A stretch of DNA of 64,000 nt from a virus (Duplodnaviria; Caudoviricetes), in IMG/VR virus record IMGVR_UViG_3300032312_002284, positions 22,156 to 86,155 of that record, one strand, 5' to 3'. Below the pieces are notes generated by a model that did no database searches, was not told the DNA's origin, and saw only the letters and a program-made list of their open reading frames with translations. The number at the start of each line of letters is the position of its first letter. Positions within the stretch are counted from its first letter, which is position 1. Shown one piece after another: positions 50,891-60,162 of the stretch. The position numbers and the translations under genes are program-made.

Positions 50891-52252
50891 ATGAAATTTA
50901 CAAATTTATTAAAGTCGCTTATTGTCGAAAATTCAAGATTTAAGCTACTATATGACAAACTTGTTCAACAAACTGAAAAAGATAAGAAGGAAGGTAAGAA
51001 AATTCCGTTTGAAATATTAAAGGCATTGATATTCGCTGACCCTGATACTAAAATACCAAGAGGTATGGAAGGTGATATTGACACATTAACTCCTGAACAA
51101 ATGGAAAATGTGAAGGTTGGTAAATACACCCAGTGGTTATTGAAAAGTTTTATCGCTCCAACATCTGCAACTATTACTGCTGAAGTTGGTACCCCTGAGT
51201 ATAAGAAACAATTGAAAAATTTTAGAGATTTGTTTTTGGAGGATTTATATAAGACAACAACTGACCTCAAAAAATTTGAAAAATATAAAGGTAGATTACC
51301 TGAAGATTCAAGAGACATTAATAAGTTAACTCCTGAAACTTTATTTGATTTAGTTAAAGATTTTTCTTTAGAAAAAGTTAAAGCTAGCAAAGAAGAGAAA
51401 AAACAAGCGGCTACAACATATTCCCATCCTGGTGGTGACATTGTATTTAAAGGTCCTAATTGGACTGTTATTAAAATTGAAAGACAGGATAAATTAGGTA
51501 AAGACGCGGCATGTTTCTATGGTGGACAACATGAGTATGATAAAGGTGAATCAAGATGGTGTACATCATCACCTGGTTTGACTTATTTTGAAAGATATAT
51601 TAAGGATGGTCCTTTATATGTAATTTTACCTAATGATGCCGAACAACGTGGACAAGTTTCACAATTACCCGTTGATAGATACCAATTCCATTTCCCATCT
51701 AATCAGTTTATGGATAGACATGACCACAACCAAGACTTAGTTAAATTATTGAGTCCTGGTGGTAAACTTGCAGAGATTGCTGATTATTTAAAACCTGAAT
51801 TTGCAAAAGGATTTAAAACTCAAGGAGGTAAAAAGGTTGAAATTAATATTCCTGACAGTTCAGCAGGTAAGTTTATTGCGATTTACGGACCTAAAGAACT
51901 TTTTGATAACTTACCTGACGATGTTGAACATTTATTGATTCAAAATAGAAGTGATAGAAATTTAGGATGGAAATCTGACGTTTTAATGGGTATCGGAAGA
52001 TTTAACAATTTGGAAGCTTTAATGTTGAAGAATTGTGTGGACGAAGTTCCTGACACTTTATGTAATTGTAACCAACTTACTTTATTAGCGTTACCTAATA
52101 ATCCTAATTTAAAGAGTATTCCGGCATGTGTTGGAGATTTTGAAAACTTGGCTTTCATTAACTTAAAAGACAGTAACAAAAACGTACATATTCCTGAAGA
52201 GTTGAAATCAAAACTTGACGACCAAGGTGATGGTTTTTATTACATTATGTAA
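50891..52252 (+). CDS. Hypothetical protein with a C-terminal LRR-like segment
   Basis: AACFYGG...RWCT core, then LEALMLKNC.DEVPD.LCNCNQLTLLALPNN..LKSIP. Confidence 0.55.
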   Translation: MKFTNLLKSLIVENSRFKLLYDKLVQQTEKDKKEGKKIPFEILKALIFADPDTKIPRGMEGDIDTLTPEQMENVKVGKYTQWLLKSFIAPTSATITAEVGTPEYKKQLKNFRDLFLEDLYKTTTDLKKFEKYKGRLPEDSRDINKLTPETLFDLVKDFSLEKVKASKEEKKQAATTYSHPGGDIVFKGPNWTVIKIERQDKLGKDAACFYGGQHEYDKGESRWCTSSPGLTYFERYIKDGPLYVILPNDAEQRGQVSQLPVDRYQFHFPSNQFMDRHDHNQDLVKLLSPGGKLAEIADYLKPEFAKGFKTQGGKKVEINIPDSSAGKFIAIYGPKELFDNLPDDVEHLLIQNRSDRNLGWKSDVLMGIGRFNNLEALMLKNCVDEVPDTLCNCNQLTLLALPNNPNLKSIPACVGDFENLAFINLKDSNKNVHIPEELKSKLDDQGDGFYYIM

Positions 52253-52300
52253 TTAGAATTTGAAAAAAAATTCTTACATTTGTTGTTTAAATTTTAGATT

Positions 52301-52591
52301 ATGAATAATGTAGAAGCTGAAATATATTTAAACAACCTTTTAGGATTCTTTGAAAAAAATCCTAATGACCTTATTGACCTTATCGGTGAAATGAATAAGG
52401 ACGCTTTCTACAAAAAATTAAGAGAAAAAGTTTATGAAAACGCTGAAAAGGGTGAGGAAATACAACTCACCCAAAAACAGCTTATTGATATTGTAGTTGG
52501 TATGTACGACAAAATGACTAAAAAGGGTGAAAAGATAGAAGTATTAGTCCCTGTTATTAAAACAAATTATGGAATTATTTGGTTGAATTAG
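52301..52591 (+). CDS. Hypothetical protein
   Basis: 96 aa, with TACATTTG (-7-like) at 52275-52282. Confidence 0.55.
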   Translation: MNNVEAEIYLNNLLGFFEKNPNDLIDLIGEMNKDAFYKKLREKVYENAEKGEEIQLTQKQLIDIVVGMYDKMTKKGEKIEVLVPVIKTNYGIIWLN

Positions 52592-52609
52592 AATTTTGAT
52601 GTATCTTTG
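52578..52609 (+). promoter_or_regulatory. Bacteroidota-type -33/-7 promoter
   Basis: TTTG-N20-TATCTTTG, upstream of the DUF932 gene. Confidence 0.7.
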
Positions 52610-52634
52610 TACTCATAATTAAAAACCAAATAAT

Positions 52635-53384
52635 ATGATAAACCTACAGTCACTTCAAGAAAACGTACCTTCACTTTTCCAAACAGAAAAACTTTCAAAA
52701 TTATCTGACCGTTATGTAATGGTTCCCACTATTGATGTGGTAGATAAATTTATCCAAAATGGTTGGCAAGTTAGTTCGGCAAAACAAGTTGGTAAGACCG
52801 CCTATGGTAAACACCAAATTCGTCTTCGTAACTCAGATTTACCACAAGTAGGTGACTCATTATTAGAGGCGGTAATCACTAACTCACACAATGGTACATC
52901 AGCTCTTCAAATTGGAGCCGGACTACACAGATTGGTATGTTCTAATGGTCTTACAGTTCCTGTATCGACATTCGGAGATATGAAACAAACTCACTTAAAT
53001 TTGAGTATGAGTGATGTTGAGATGATTACTGAGCAGTTCGTGTTAAACACTCCAAAAATTCAAAAGTCAGTAAATCGTATGATGGAAGTGACTATGGATA
53101 CTGACAGAAAGATTGATTTTGTATCTAAAGCGGTTGGAATTCGTTGGAAGAACACTGAAGATATTTCATCTTTGACTTTGGAAACAATCATTGACCCACT
53201 TCGTGATGGAGACCGAGAAGACAACTTATGGAATACCTTTAACGTTGTTCAAGAGAAGTTAATCCGTGGTGGTTTCATCAAACAACAAGGTCGTAATGTT
53301 AGAACTGTAAAGGGTATCCAATCCTTAAATATGGACAACATGATTAACACTAAACTTTGGGAACTCGCTGAAACATACTGCTAA
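52635..53384 (+). CDS. DUF932-family protein
   Basis: SDRYVMVPT, HQIRLR, NSHNGTSA..IGAGLHRLVCSNGL and LWNTFNVVQEKLIRGG. Confidence 0.8.
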   Translation: MINLQSLQENVPSLFQTEKLSKLSDRYVMVPTIDVVDKFIQNGWQVSSAKQVGKTAYGKHQIRLRNSDLPQVGDSLLEAVITNSHNGTSALQIGAGLHRLVCSNGLTVPVSTFGDMKQTHLNLSMSDVEMITEQFVLNTPKIQKSVNRMMEVTMDTDRKIDFVSKAVGIRWKNTEDISSLTLETIIDPLRDGDREDNLWNTFNVVQEKLIRGGFIKQQGRNVRTVKGIQSLNMDNMINTKLWELAETYC

Positions 53385-55075
53385 TGGAGAACTTGTTTAA
53401 GATAATTAATGAAAAACATTATGTCGGTTATTATCTCCCCTACAATGAGGTAGGGGAGTTCGAACTTGATTTTAAGGAAGATACTGAGTCATTATTTAGA
53501 TTACGTAAATCAAACCCTAAAGACCATTTTGATGGTAAACATTTTGTTTATGCATTTGATAAATCTGTAAATGGTAGTAAAGAAGATTTTGAAAAAAACT
53601 ATGGTAATCCGCTATGTGAGGTAACTGTTTATAGAAGTACTTTTGTTGTTGATGAGAATGAAGATAAAATTTGTTTAAAAGTATTCTATTGTGGGAAACA
53701 CAGAAAGGTTGGGGAAGTGTTTTTTAGAAAAAGTACTAAACTAAATTACATTACATTTAATAAGAAAACCAATATTTTTACTGTTGGTAAAAACACTGAA
53801 TACCATAAAAAAAGAGGTAAGGGTAAGGGTAGTGTTGTTAGAAGAAACTCATTTCCGATATCATTAACTACTGATTTTTATCATTCATTTATGAATGGGT
53901 TAGATGATACAAACACTTATGGTATTGAAGTCGTTGAAGGTGTTAATGTATTTTTGTCTAAAATCGGGGCTGAAAGAATTTTAAACTATCGTAAGTTACC
54001 GATGTCTTTATTTGGATGTTTGTTAGACAAACAAGGTATTAAGAAACCTGACAATTGGAGAGGGTATTACGAGGTATTTCCAAAACCAACTAAGAAAGAT
54101 TATCAGAAAAATGGGTTTAAGATGATTGATACTTTTATGAAATTACATAATGTAAGTTCAGAGAAAATTAAAAAAGTATTACATAAAGTCCAAAACCCTT
54201 GTTTCAAAAGTATTAAGAGTTTGATACACATCTTCGGTAAAGATTTTATTTTACAAAGACCTGAAGAAGAGTTATGTATTATCTTTAATGTCAAAGGTGG
54301 TGAGTCTCCATTTCAACCTACGGTGTATCATTTCGAAAATTTTGGTAAAAGGGATATGATTAATTGTTACCTTACTTACTTATTATGTAAGAAGGACCCT
54401 AATGCATCCATTCATACTTTTTATGACCACATAAGATTTTTTGACACCATATCAAGATATGAACCGATTAAATGGATGTCTAAAACATTAAAAGAATTAA
54501 TCACTGAACATAGTGTTTGGTCGGACAAAGTTGACTTCTATACCAAAGGAAAATATTCAAGAGAGTACTCCGATGAATTTGTTGAACAAGTTTCAAAACC
54601 AATTATAACAAAAGATGGTACGGTATTTAATCCTGTTGTTTTACAAAGTAGTGAAGAGTATGTTAATGAATCAGTACATCAGTCTAATTGTGTAAGAACT
54701 TATCAAGATAGACCTTCATCATTAATTATATCACTTCGTAAGGAAGATGGTGAGAGAGCATCAATCGAATACAGACCTTCAATCGGTAAGTTTGGTATGA
54801 ATGAAAATCAACCAGTTCATTTTAAACGAGTTCAGACACTTGGAAGGTTTAATAATACGTTAGATGATACTTGGCATGGTGCAATTTTTGATTTGGATGT
54901 TAGGTTAAAAACCGTGACTTTGAAAAAGTGGGGTAATCCAATTGCTAAGTTTATAAGTGGTGGTGGGACGAAAGAATACGACTTTATCTTTGATAAAGAT
55001 GGAATATTGTCATGGAATAATCTTCACAAAGACGAAACAATGGATTATCTTCCATATTATGAAATTGACTTTTGA
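53384..55075 (+). CDS. PcfJ-like domain protein
   Basis: C-terminal SEEYVNESVHQSNCVRTY...IISLR...RASIEY...QTLGRFN. Confidence 0.65.
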   Translation: MENLFKIINEKHYVGYYLPYNEVGEFELDFKEDTESLFRLRKSNPKDHFDGKHFVYAFDKSVNGSKEDFEKNYGNPLCEVTVYRSTFVVDENEDKICLKVFYCGKHRKVGEVFFRKSTKLNYITFNKKTNIFTVGKNTEYHKKRGKGKGSVVRRNSFPISLTTDFYHSFMNGLDDTNTYGIEVVEGVNVFLSKIGAERILNYRKLPMSLFGCLLDKQGIKKPDNWRGYYEVFPKPTKKDYQKNGFKMIDTFMKLHNVSSEKIKKVLHKVQNPCFKSIKSLIHIFGKDFILQRPEEELCIIFNVKGGESPFQPTVYHFENFGKRDMINCYLTYLLCKKDPNASIHTFYDHIRFFDTISRYEPIKWMSKTLKELITEHSVWSDKVDFYTKGKYSREYSDEFVEQVSKPIITKDGTVFNPVVLQSSEEYVNESVHQSNCVRTYQDRPSSLIISLRKEDGERASIEYRPSIGKFGMNENQPVHFKRVQTLGRFNNTLDDTWHGAIFDLDVRLKTVTLKKWGNPIAKFISGGGTKEYDFIFDKDGILSWNNLHKDETMDYLPYYEIDF

Positions 55076-55385
55076 TTTTAAATTTGAGGATATTGTAGAT
55101 AAGATAGATAACACTCTATCAAGAATTCAAATTTTGGATAACAAGATAAGTCCTGACTACATTTTAAAAAATGCTAAAGATTATGAAATTTTATTCATAA
55201 ATTCTAAATTTTCTGATAGTAAGGAAATTGTTTATGATGAAATATTCAAACTTAAAAACGGATTGATTTTGTATTTATCAAGAGAACAAGAGACCCCAAA
55301 TTTTAAATTAAAGGTCTATTATAATATTAAACAAATAAACGAATTAAAAATGTTTTTAAGTACATTAAAATTATGGAAAGAATAA
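55059..55385 (+). CDS. Hypothetical protein
   Basis: Likely start MKLTFDF. Confidence 0.5.
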   Translation: MKLTFDFKFEDIVDKIDNTLSRIQILDNKISPDYILKNAKDYEILFINSKFSDSKEIVYDEIFKLKNGLILYLSREQETPNFKLKVYYNIKQINELKMFLSTLKLWKE

Positions 55386-55675
55386 GCTCACAAGAAGTAA
55401 AAAGTAAAATTGATAATAAAGAATCTTTTATTTTAAAAATGTCTGCAAGTTGGTGTGGACCATGTAGACAACTAACCGAAGAAATTAACAAGTCTGGAGT
55501 ATTGGTACCTGTTTATGAATTTGACGTAGAATCTGACGTTAACTTTTCAAGAGAAATGAATGTTAGAAGTGTACCTGTAATGAAATTTTTTAAAAATGGA
55601 ATCGATTCAATGACCACAGTAGGGTTAAAACAGGGAAATGAAATAAAACTTATGTCAGAACAATATATCCTATGA
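55373..55675 (+). CDS. trxA: Thioredoxin
   Basis: ASWCGPC active site and VRSVP cis-Pro loop. Confidence 0.85.
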   Translation: MERISSQEVKSKIDNKESFILKMSASWCGPCRQLTEEINKSGVLVPVYEFDVESDVNFSREMNVRSVPVMKFFKNGIDSMTTVGLKQGNEIKLMSEQYIL

Positions 55676-55962
55676 TTAAAAAAAGAAAACCTCTTAAAGT
55701 ATTAGTGGTATACTCTATGGAAGGGTGCCCATGGTGTGTAAAATTTAAAGAATTATTAACCAAACATAGAGTTAAGTTTAAAGAAAGGGATATTGTAAAA
55801 TTTAAAGACGAGTATGACTTGTTTGTTGAAGCGACTCAGAATGACTTTGTTCCAGCATTTATGATTTTGGATGTTGCGTCAGAAAAAGGAGAATTCTTTG
55901 CACCTGATAGAGATTTCCAAGATTTAGATGAAGCTTTAAAGATTGTTAAAGAAAATTTGTAG
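55672..55962 (+). CDS. Glutaredoxin-like protein
   Basis: VYSMEGCPWC...FVPAF. Confidence 0.8.
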   Translation: MIKKRKPLKVLVVYSMEGCPWCVKFKELLTKHRVKFKERDIVKFKDEYDLFVEATQNDFVPAFMILDVASEKGEFFAPDRDFQDLDEALKIVKENL

Positions 55963-55974
55963 TATATTTGTTAC

Positions 55975-56502
55975 ATGAAAGAATTAGTTTTTAAAAAGAA
56001 AGGGGTGGTTCACACCCCTTTGACTTACTGGCAAATTGATAAACGATATACAATTGCGATTTATCAGGGAGGTAGAGGGTATAGACCTGACCTTGACTTT
56101 ATTGTAAAATATAAAGAAGAGGGTAAACGGTTACGTACTCCATCACATACTCATTGGATTGTAGATTTGATTGCAAAGGCTCAATACGATAAGGGAAGAG
56201 TTAAATCATATGTTGAAGATATGATTAAAATGTATGATGAGTGTGAACCTTTTAATAGTGAGGAAGAACGAAACAATTATAAGTTACAATGTCCTACAAA
56301 ATTTTGGATGAATCACATTATGATTGAGGATAAAGGATATTATCCACTACAGGTATTAACTACCTTTATTGAGTTATTTTCTAAATGTGAAAAACAAACA
56401 CCAGGGGCTTTCATGTTTAGAAACTTATTGGTTTTGGTTAAAGAGTATTGTGAAGGTAAAAAAGACTTTTACCAGATAGTAGGTTACTCTAAACGAGTTT
56501 AA
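55975..56502 (+). CDS. Hypothetical protein with its own -7-type promoter
   Basis: TATATTTG at 55963-55970. Contains RTPSHTHWIVDL. Confidence 0.55.
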   Translation: MKELVFKKKGVVHTPLTYWQIDKRYTIAIYQGGRGYRPDLDFIVKYKEEGKRLRTPSHTHWIVDLIAKAQYDKGRVKSYVEDMIKMYDECEPFNSEEERNNYKLQCPTKFWMNHIMIEDKGYYPLQVLTTFIELFSKCEKQTPGAFMFRNLLVLVKEYCEGKKDFYQIVGYSKRV

Positions 56503-57116
56503 AATAAATTTAACAATAACCTACTTTCATCTAACAATACATCAATTGGACCATCGTAGTTATCTTTTAGGATTGACAATAGTTTTTCTGATGTATAATA
56601 ACTATCAGATTTTATTGATGTAATTTCAAAATCTGTTTTAGTTAGTTTACAAGTTAACTCGACCCAACTAAATTTAAAATACGGTTGAGATTTACAAGAT
56701 ATTTCTTTCAGATGATTATAAGTTTGTTTAAGGTAATTTTCAGAGTAACCGTGAGGGAATTTTGAAGATACCGAAATACTTAATTCTGAATTGATTTGAG
56801 GGACTTCTTTAGTGGAATATGAGATTACCTCATCTTCAAAATCTTTTTCATCACAACTATATGATATTACATCAATCGTACTAATATATTTTAAATATGG
56901 GTATTTGTTTTTAACCGACTCAACAAACTCAGAAGATATTTTGCTGGGAGATATTACTTCAGAACTTTCAGTAAACCCTTTAATTACCATAAAGTTCTCA
57001 ACATCAACTACTGATAATCTTGTTTTATGTGTGTTATTCTCACTGATTAAATTACATAGATAATCGGCAAAATCGTTAACTAAATTTTGGCGAACTGATA
57101 CTTCCATTTTTTCCAT
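56499..57116 (-). CDS. Hypothetical protein, weak resemblance to the MetK N-terminal fold
   Basis: 205-aa ORF. The resemblance is judged by eye only. Confidence 0.4.
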   Translation of the reverse strand: MEKMEVSVRQNLVNDFADYLCNLISENNTHKTRLSVVDVENFMVIKGFTESSEVISPSKISSEFVESVKNKYPYLKYISTIDVISYSCDEKDFEDEVISYSTKEVPQINSELSISVSSKFPHGYSENYLKQTYNHLKEISCKSQPYFKFSWVELTCKLTKTDFEITSIKSDSYYTSEKLLSILKDNYDGPIDVLLDESRLLLNLF

Positions 57117-57173
57117 GTTAAAATTTAGTAGGAAAAAAAATGACTATAAATAGTAAATTGATTTTTACAATTA

Positions 57174-58499
57174 TTAAAAGTAATCTCCGATATTTCCGTT
57201 AACACAACTATTAACTTTCCTATGGTCGGGATATTCGTCTAATCTTGGAACTCTCAATAAATCACGACCACCATCATCAATTAAATCTGAATATAATCTT
57301 TCGTAACTACCAAAATATATGATTGTATCGCAATAAGTACCATTACAATCTTTGTTATCGTTTAACCATTCTGAAACAACATTATATATACAGTTTGTTG
57401 CTTTGTATCTTGTTCCGTAAAATGTTCTTGATACTTTATTACCATCTTTATCGAAAGATTGTTTTTTGTATGAATATTCATCTATTTCACCATTATCAAT
57501 TACAGAACCAATTAGTTCCCCCATTAAACTTTTATACCATTCTTCAGTTAATACTCCTTCATAACAACCCTGGTATAAACTATACAAATCACTTCTAACA
57601 TCATATAATTCTTTATTGATTAGATATTCAATGGTATCATCGTCACCAAGTACTCGAGAAATAACATCATCGGTTAACTCAACGTCATTACGACCTTGTT
57701 CCCGAGCAATTTCTTCAAGTAATTCGGTGTCGGTACCTATTGTTTTCATATCTCTAAGTTCTAATACAATTCTTTCATTAACCAATTGTTTATTTTCATT
57801 TGTTAATTCAGTATATACGTCCCTATAAACATCATCAGTCACATCCCAAAAATTCATATCATGCTCACCTTGTAAAATACTTTCAATCGTATCTCTACTC
57901 ATTTCACTGCGATAACCTGTTTCAAAGAAACCTGAAAGTTCCGCAGGGGATGTGTCAAAATAATAATCGTTACCAATTTTTGTAACATCTGAAATAAATT
58001 TATCAACTATTGTCCAAACAAATGAACTATCGTTTTCATAGAATAAATAAAATAATTTATTTTGGTAATCATCCCAATCACTTGAAAAAGGGTCAATGTA
58101 ACCAAGAAGATTGTTTTTGGTTAATAAATTAAAAAATTTATCTATACCACCTATTGCATTTTCAATAAAATCAACATCGATGTCCCCATTTTGAAATTTA
58201 TTAAGGATTCTAAGTAATTTTTCTTGAACTTTATTTAATTTAAGTTCTTCTTGTTCTTCTTCATTTAATTTTTTATTGCGTATTAAATTACCGTTATCAA
58301 TAACTTCATAATTAACACAATCTTCATTAAAATTTACTACATCTAAAATTGGGTGGGTAACATATATTTTATTATTTTTAATTAGACAAACTTTTGTTGG
58401 AAACCCTATTAAGTCTTTCATGGGTTTCCAGCAATGAAATTCAGGGTCTTCATTTATGAACCCTTTGATATAAATTGTGTCACCCATTTTTAATTCCAT
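57174..58499 (-). CDS. Acidic hypothetical protein
   Basis: 441 aa, D/E-rich, with TATTTATA upstream on the minus strand. Confidence 0.55.
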   Translation of the reverse strand: MELKMGDTIYIKGFINEDPEFHCWKPMKDLIGFPTKVCLIKNNKIYVTHPILDVVNFNEDCVNYEVIDNGNLIRNKKLNEEEQEELKLNKVQEKLLRILNKFQNGDIDVDFIENAIGGIDKFFNLLTKNNLLGYIDPFSSDWDDYQNKLFYLFYENDSSFVWTIVDKFISDVTKIGNDYYFDTSPAELSGFFETGYRSEMSRDTIESILQGEHDMNFWDVTDDVYRDVYTELTNENKQLVNERIVLELRDMKTIGTDTELLEEIAREQGRNDVELTDDVISRVLGDDDTIEYLINKELYDVRSDLYSLYQGCYEGVLTEEWYKSLMGELIGSVIDNGEIDEYSYKKQSFDKDGNKVSRTFYGTRYKATNCIYNVVSEWLNDNKDCNGTYCDTIIYFGSYERLYSDLIDDGGRDLLRVPRLDEYPDHRKVNSCVNGNIGDYF

Positions 58500-58512
58500 A
58501 GTTATAAATATT

Positions 58513-58538
58513 AAAAAAGGGAGAATATTCTCCCTTTT
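58513..58538 (-). terminator. Intrinsic terminator after the Cys micropeptides
   Basis: AAAAGGGAGA-ATAT-TCTCCCTTTT perfect hairpin with a U-tract on the minus strand. Confidence 0.8.
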
Positions 58539-58567
58539 AAATTTTTTAATTAATAGATTTGGATTGA

Positions 58568-58618
58568 TTATTTACCACAACCACATCCACCACCATTATT
58601 ACCACCACCGTTTTTCAT
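58568..58618 (-). CDS. 16-aa micropeptide MKNGGGNNGGGCGCGK (not in the track)
   Basis: ATG..TAA, with its own upstream TATTTATA and a downstream terminator. Confidence 0.5.
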   Translation of the reverse strand: MKNGGGNNGGGCGCGK

Positions 58619-58655
58619 AGTATTATTTTTTTAAAGTTTATTATCTATAAATATT

Positions 58656-58790
58656 TTATTGCTGCTTGTTTTTATAAAATCTTTCAATAGTTTTTTTTAC
58701 TGCATTTTGTACACTTTCATTTTGTTGTTGAACTTGTTGAATTTTAACCTGTTGTTCAGGATTTTGTTTGTTTTTACAGCCACAGCCCAT
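58656..58790 (-). CDS. 44-aa Gln-rich micropeptide starting MGCGCK (not in the track)
   Basis: MGCGCKNKQNPEQQVKIQQVQQQNESVQNAVKKTIERFYKNKQQ, with upstream TATTTATA. Confidence 0.6.
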   Translation of the reverse strand: MGCGCKNKQNPEQQVKIQQVQQQNESVQNAVKKTIERFYKNKQQ

Positions 58791-58884
58791 ATTTTTATTT
58801 TTTTTAGATTTATTCTTTTTTATAAATATTATTAATTGAAATATTAAAAGGAAATAGTTATTAATTTAACAGTATTTATTTAAT

Positions 58885-60162
58885 ATGAATAGTAGAAACT
58901 TAATAAAAAAATTCATTAAAGAACTGGTTTTAGAATCTGAAAATGATATTGTACATTTAACACCTGAGAAATATATTGAGTTAATGAATTTTGTTGACCA
59001 TGACGGAAGAAGAATTAATAATCTAAAACAATATAAAGGAAAACAAATTGTTATTGATGGAAATATAAAACTACCAAGTGATACGACTCATTTAGGTAAT
59101 ATTACTGTTAATGGTAGTGTTGATGCGAATTACAGTCAGCTAAGAACTAAACAAGGAGTTATTGCTAATTACATATCATATTATAATACACCTCTTAAAA
59201 AACAAGAAATCTATCAAGAATTCCAAAGAAGAAAGGAGGTTCAAAATGATAGAAGAGAAGAAGGTTATTTTGAAGAAAGGGAAAATTTATCTGATGTTGA
59301 TAAATGCACGTTAGCATTATTTAATTTTTTAATATCAACTGTATATGAAGAGAAAACACCTGAAGATACACAAAGATTAGAGGACCTTTACGCTGAAAAA
59401 GAAAGAAGAGAACAAATAGAGAAAGAGACGGAGGATGATGAGAATCTAACCGCACTTAGAGAGATTGACGCCGAAATAGAAGAAATTGAAGGTCGTATTG
59501 ACATTTATGATATTATCTACGAAGGTAAACATTATTTCTTACATTCATTCAAAGTACTAGAACACCATGGTGAAAGTCGTGCAACATGGGCGGTTGGTGA
59601 TGAATATTATACTGAAAAAACGGCATTTCAAACTGTTGAAAACTTAATTGATGATGTTGGACTGGAAGGATTTAGAAGTAGTTTCGTTGAGAATCATATT
59701 GATGAAGAAGAATTGAAAGATTATTTTAGAGAAAGTGAAGAAGAATATGTAAGAGAGAATTTGGAAGATTATTTTGATGAAGATGATTTTGAATATTCTG
59801 ACCCTGAAGTTCAAGAAAGAATTGATGAACTTGAAATGAGATTAGAAGATTCTGAAATAGACCAAGAAGAGGTGGATGAATTAAATGAAGAATTGGATGA
59901 GTTGAAAAATAGTGATAAAACTATACCTGACAATTTGATTGAAGAAAAGGTTGAAAGTTTGTTGGAAGATAAAACTTATGATGCCGCCACAACAATTAGA
60001 GATTACGGTCTAAATATACAAGATTTTGTTGATATGGACGCGTTAATTAAAGATGTTGTTAATACTGATGGATATGGGGATACAATTAATTCATACGATG
60101 GTACAGAAGATACTGTTGAGTTTGATAACGAAACATACTATATTTTCCAAATAGATGGTTGA
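58885..60162 (+). CDS. Very acidic hypothetical protein
   Basis: 425 aa with long D/E tracts. N-terminus MNSRNLIKKFIKELVLESE. Confidence 0.6.
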   Translation: MNSRNLIKKFIKELVLESENDIVHLTPEKYIELMNFVDHDGRRINNLKQYKGKQIVIDGNIKLPSDTTHLGNITVNGSVDANYSQLRTKQGVIANYISYYNTPLKKQEIYQEFQRRKEVQNDRREEGYFEERENLSDVDKCTLALFNFLISTVYEEKTPEDTQRLEDLYAEKERREQIEKETEDDENLTALREIDAEIEEIEGRIDIYDIIYEGKHYFLHSFKVLEHHGESRATWAVGDEYYTEKTAFQTVENLIDDVGLEGFRSSFVENHIDEEELKDYFRESEEEYVRENLEDYFDEDDFEYSDPEVQERIDELEMRLEDSEIDQEEVDELNEELDELKNSDKTIPDNLIEEKVESLLEDKTYDAATTIRDYGLNIQDFVDMDALIKDVVNTDGYGDTINSYDGTEDTVEFDNETYYIFQIDG

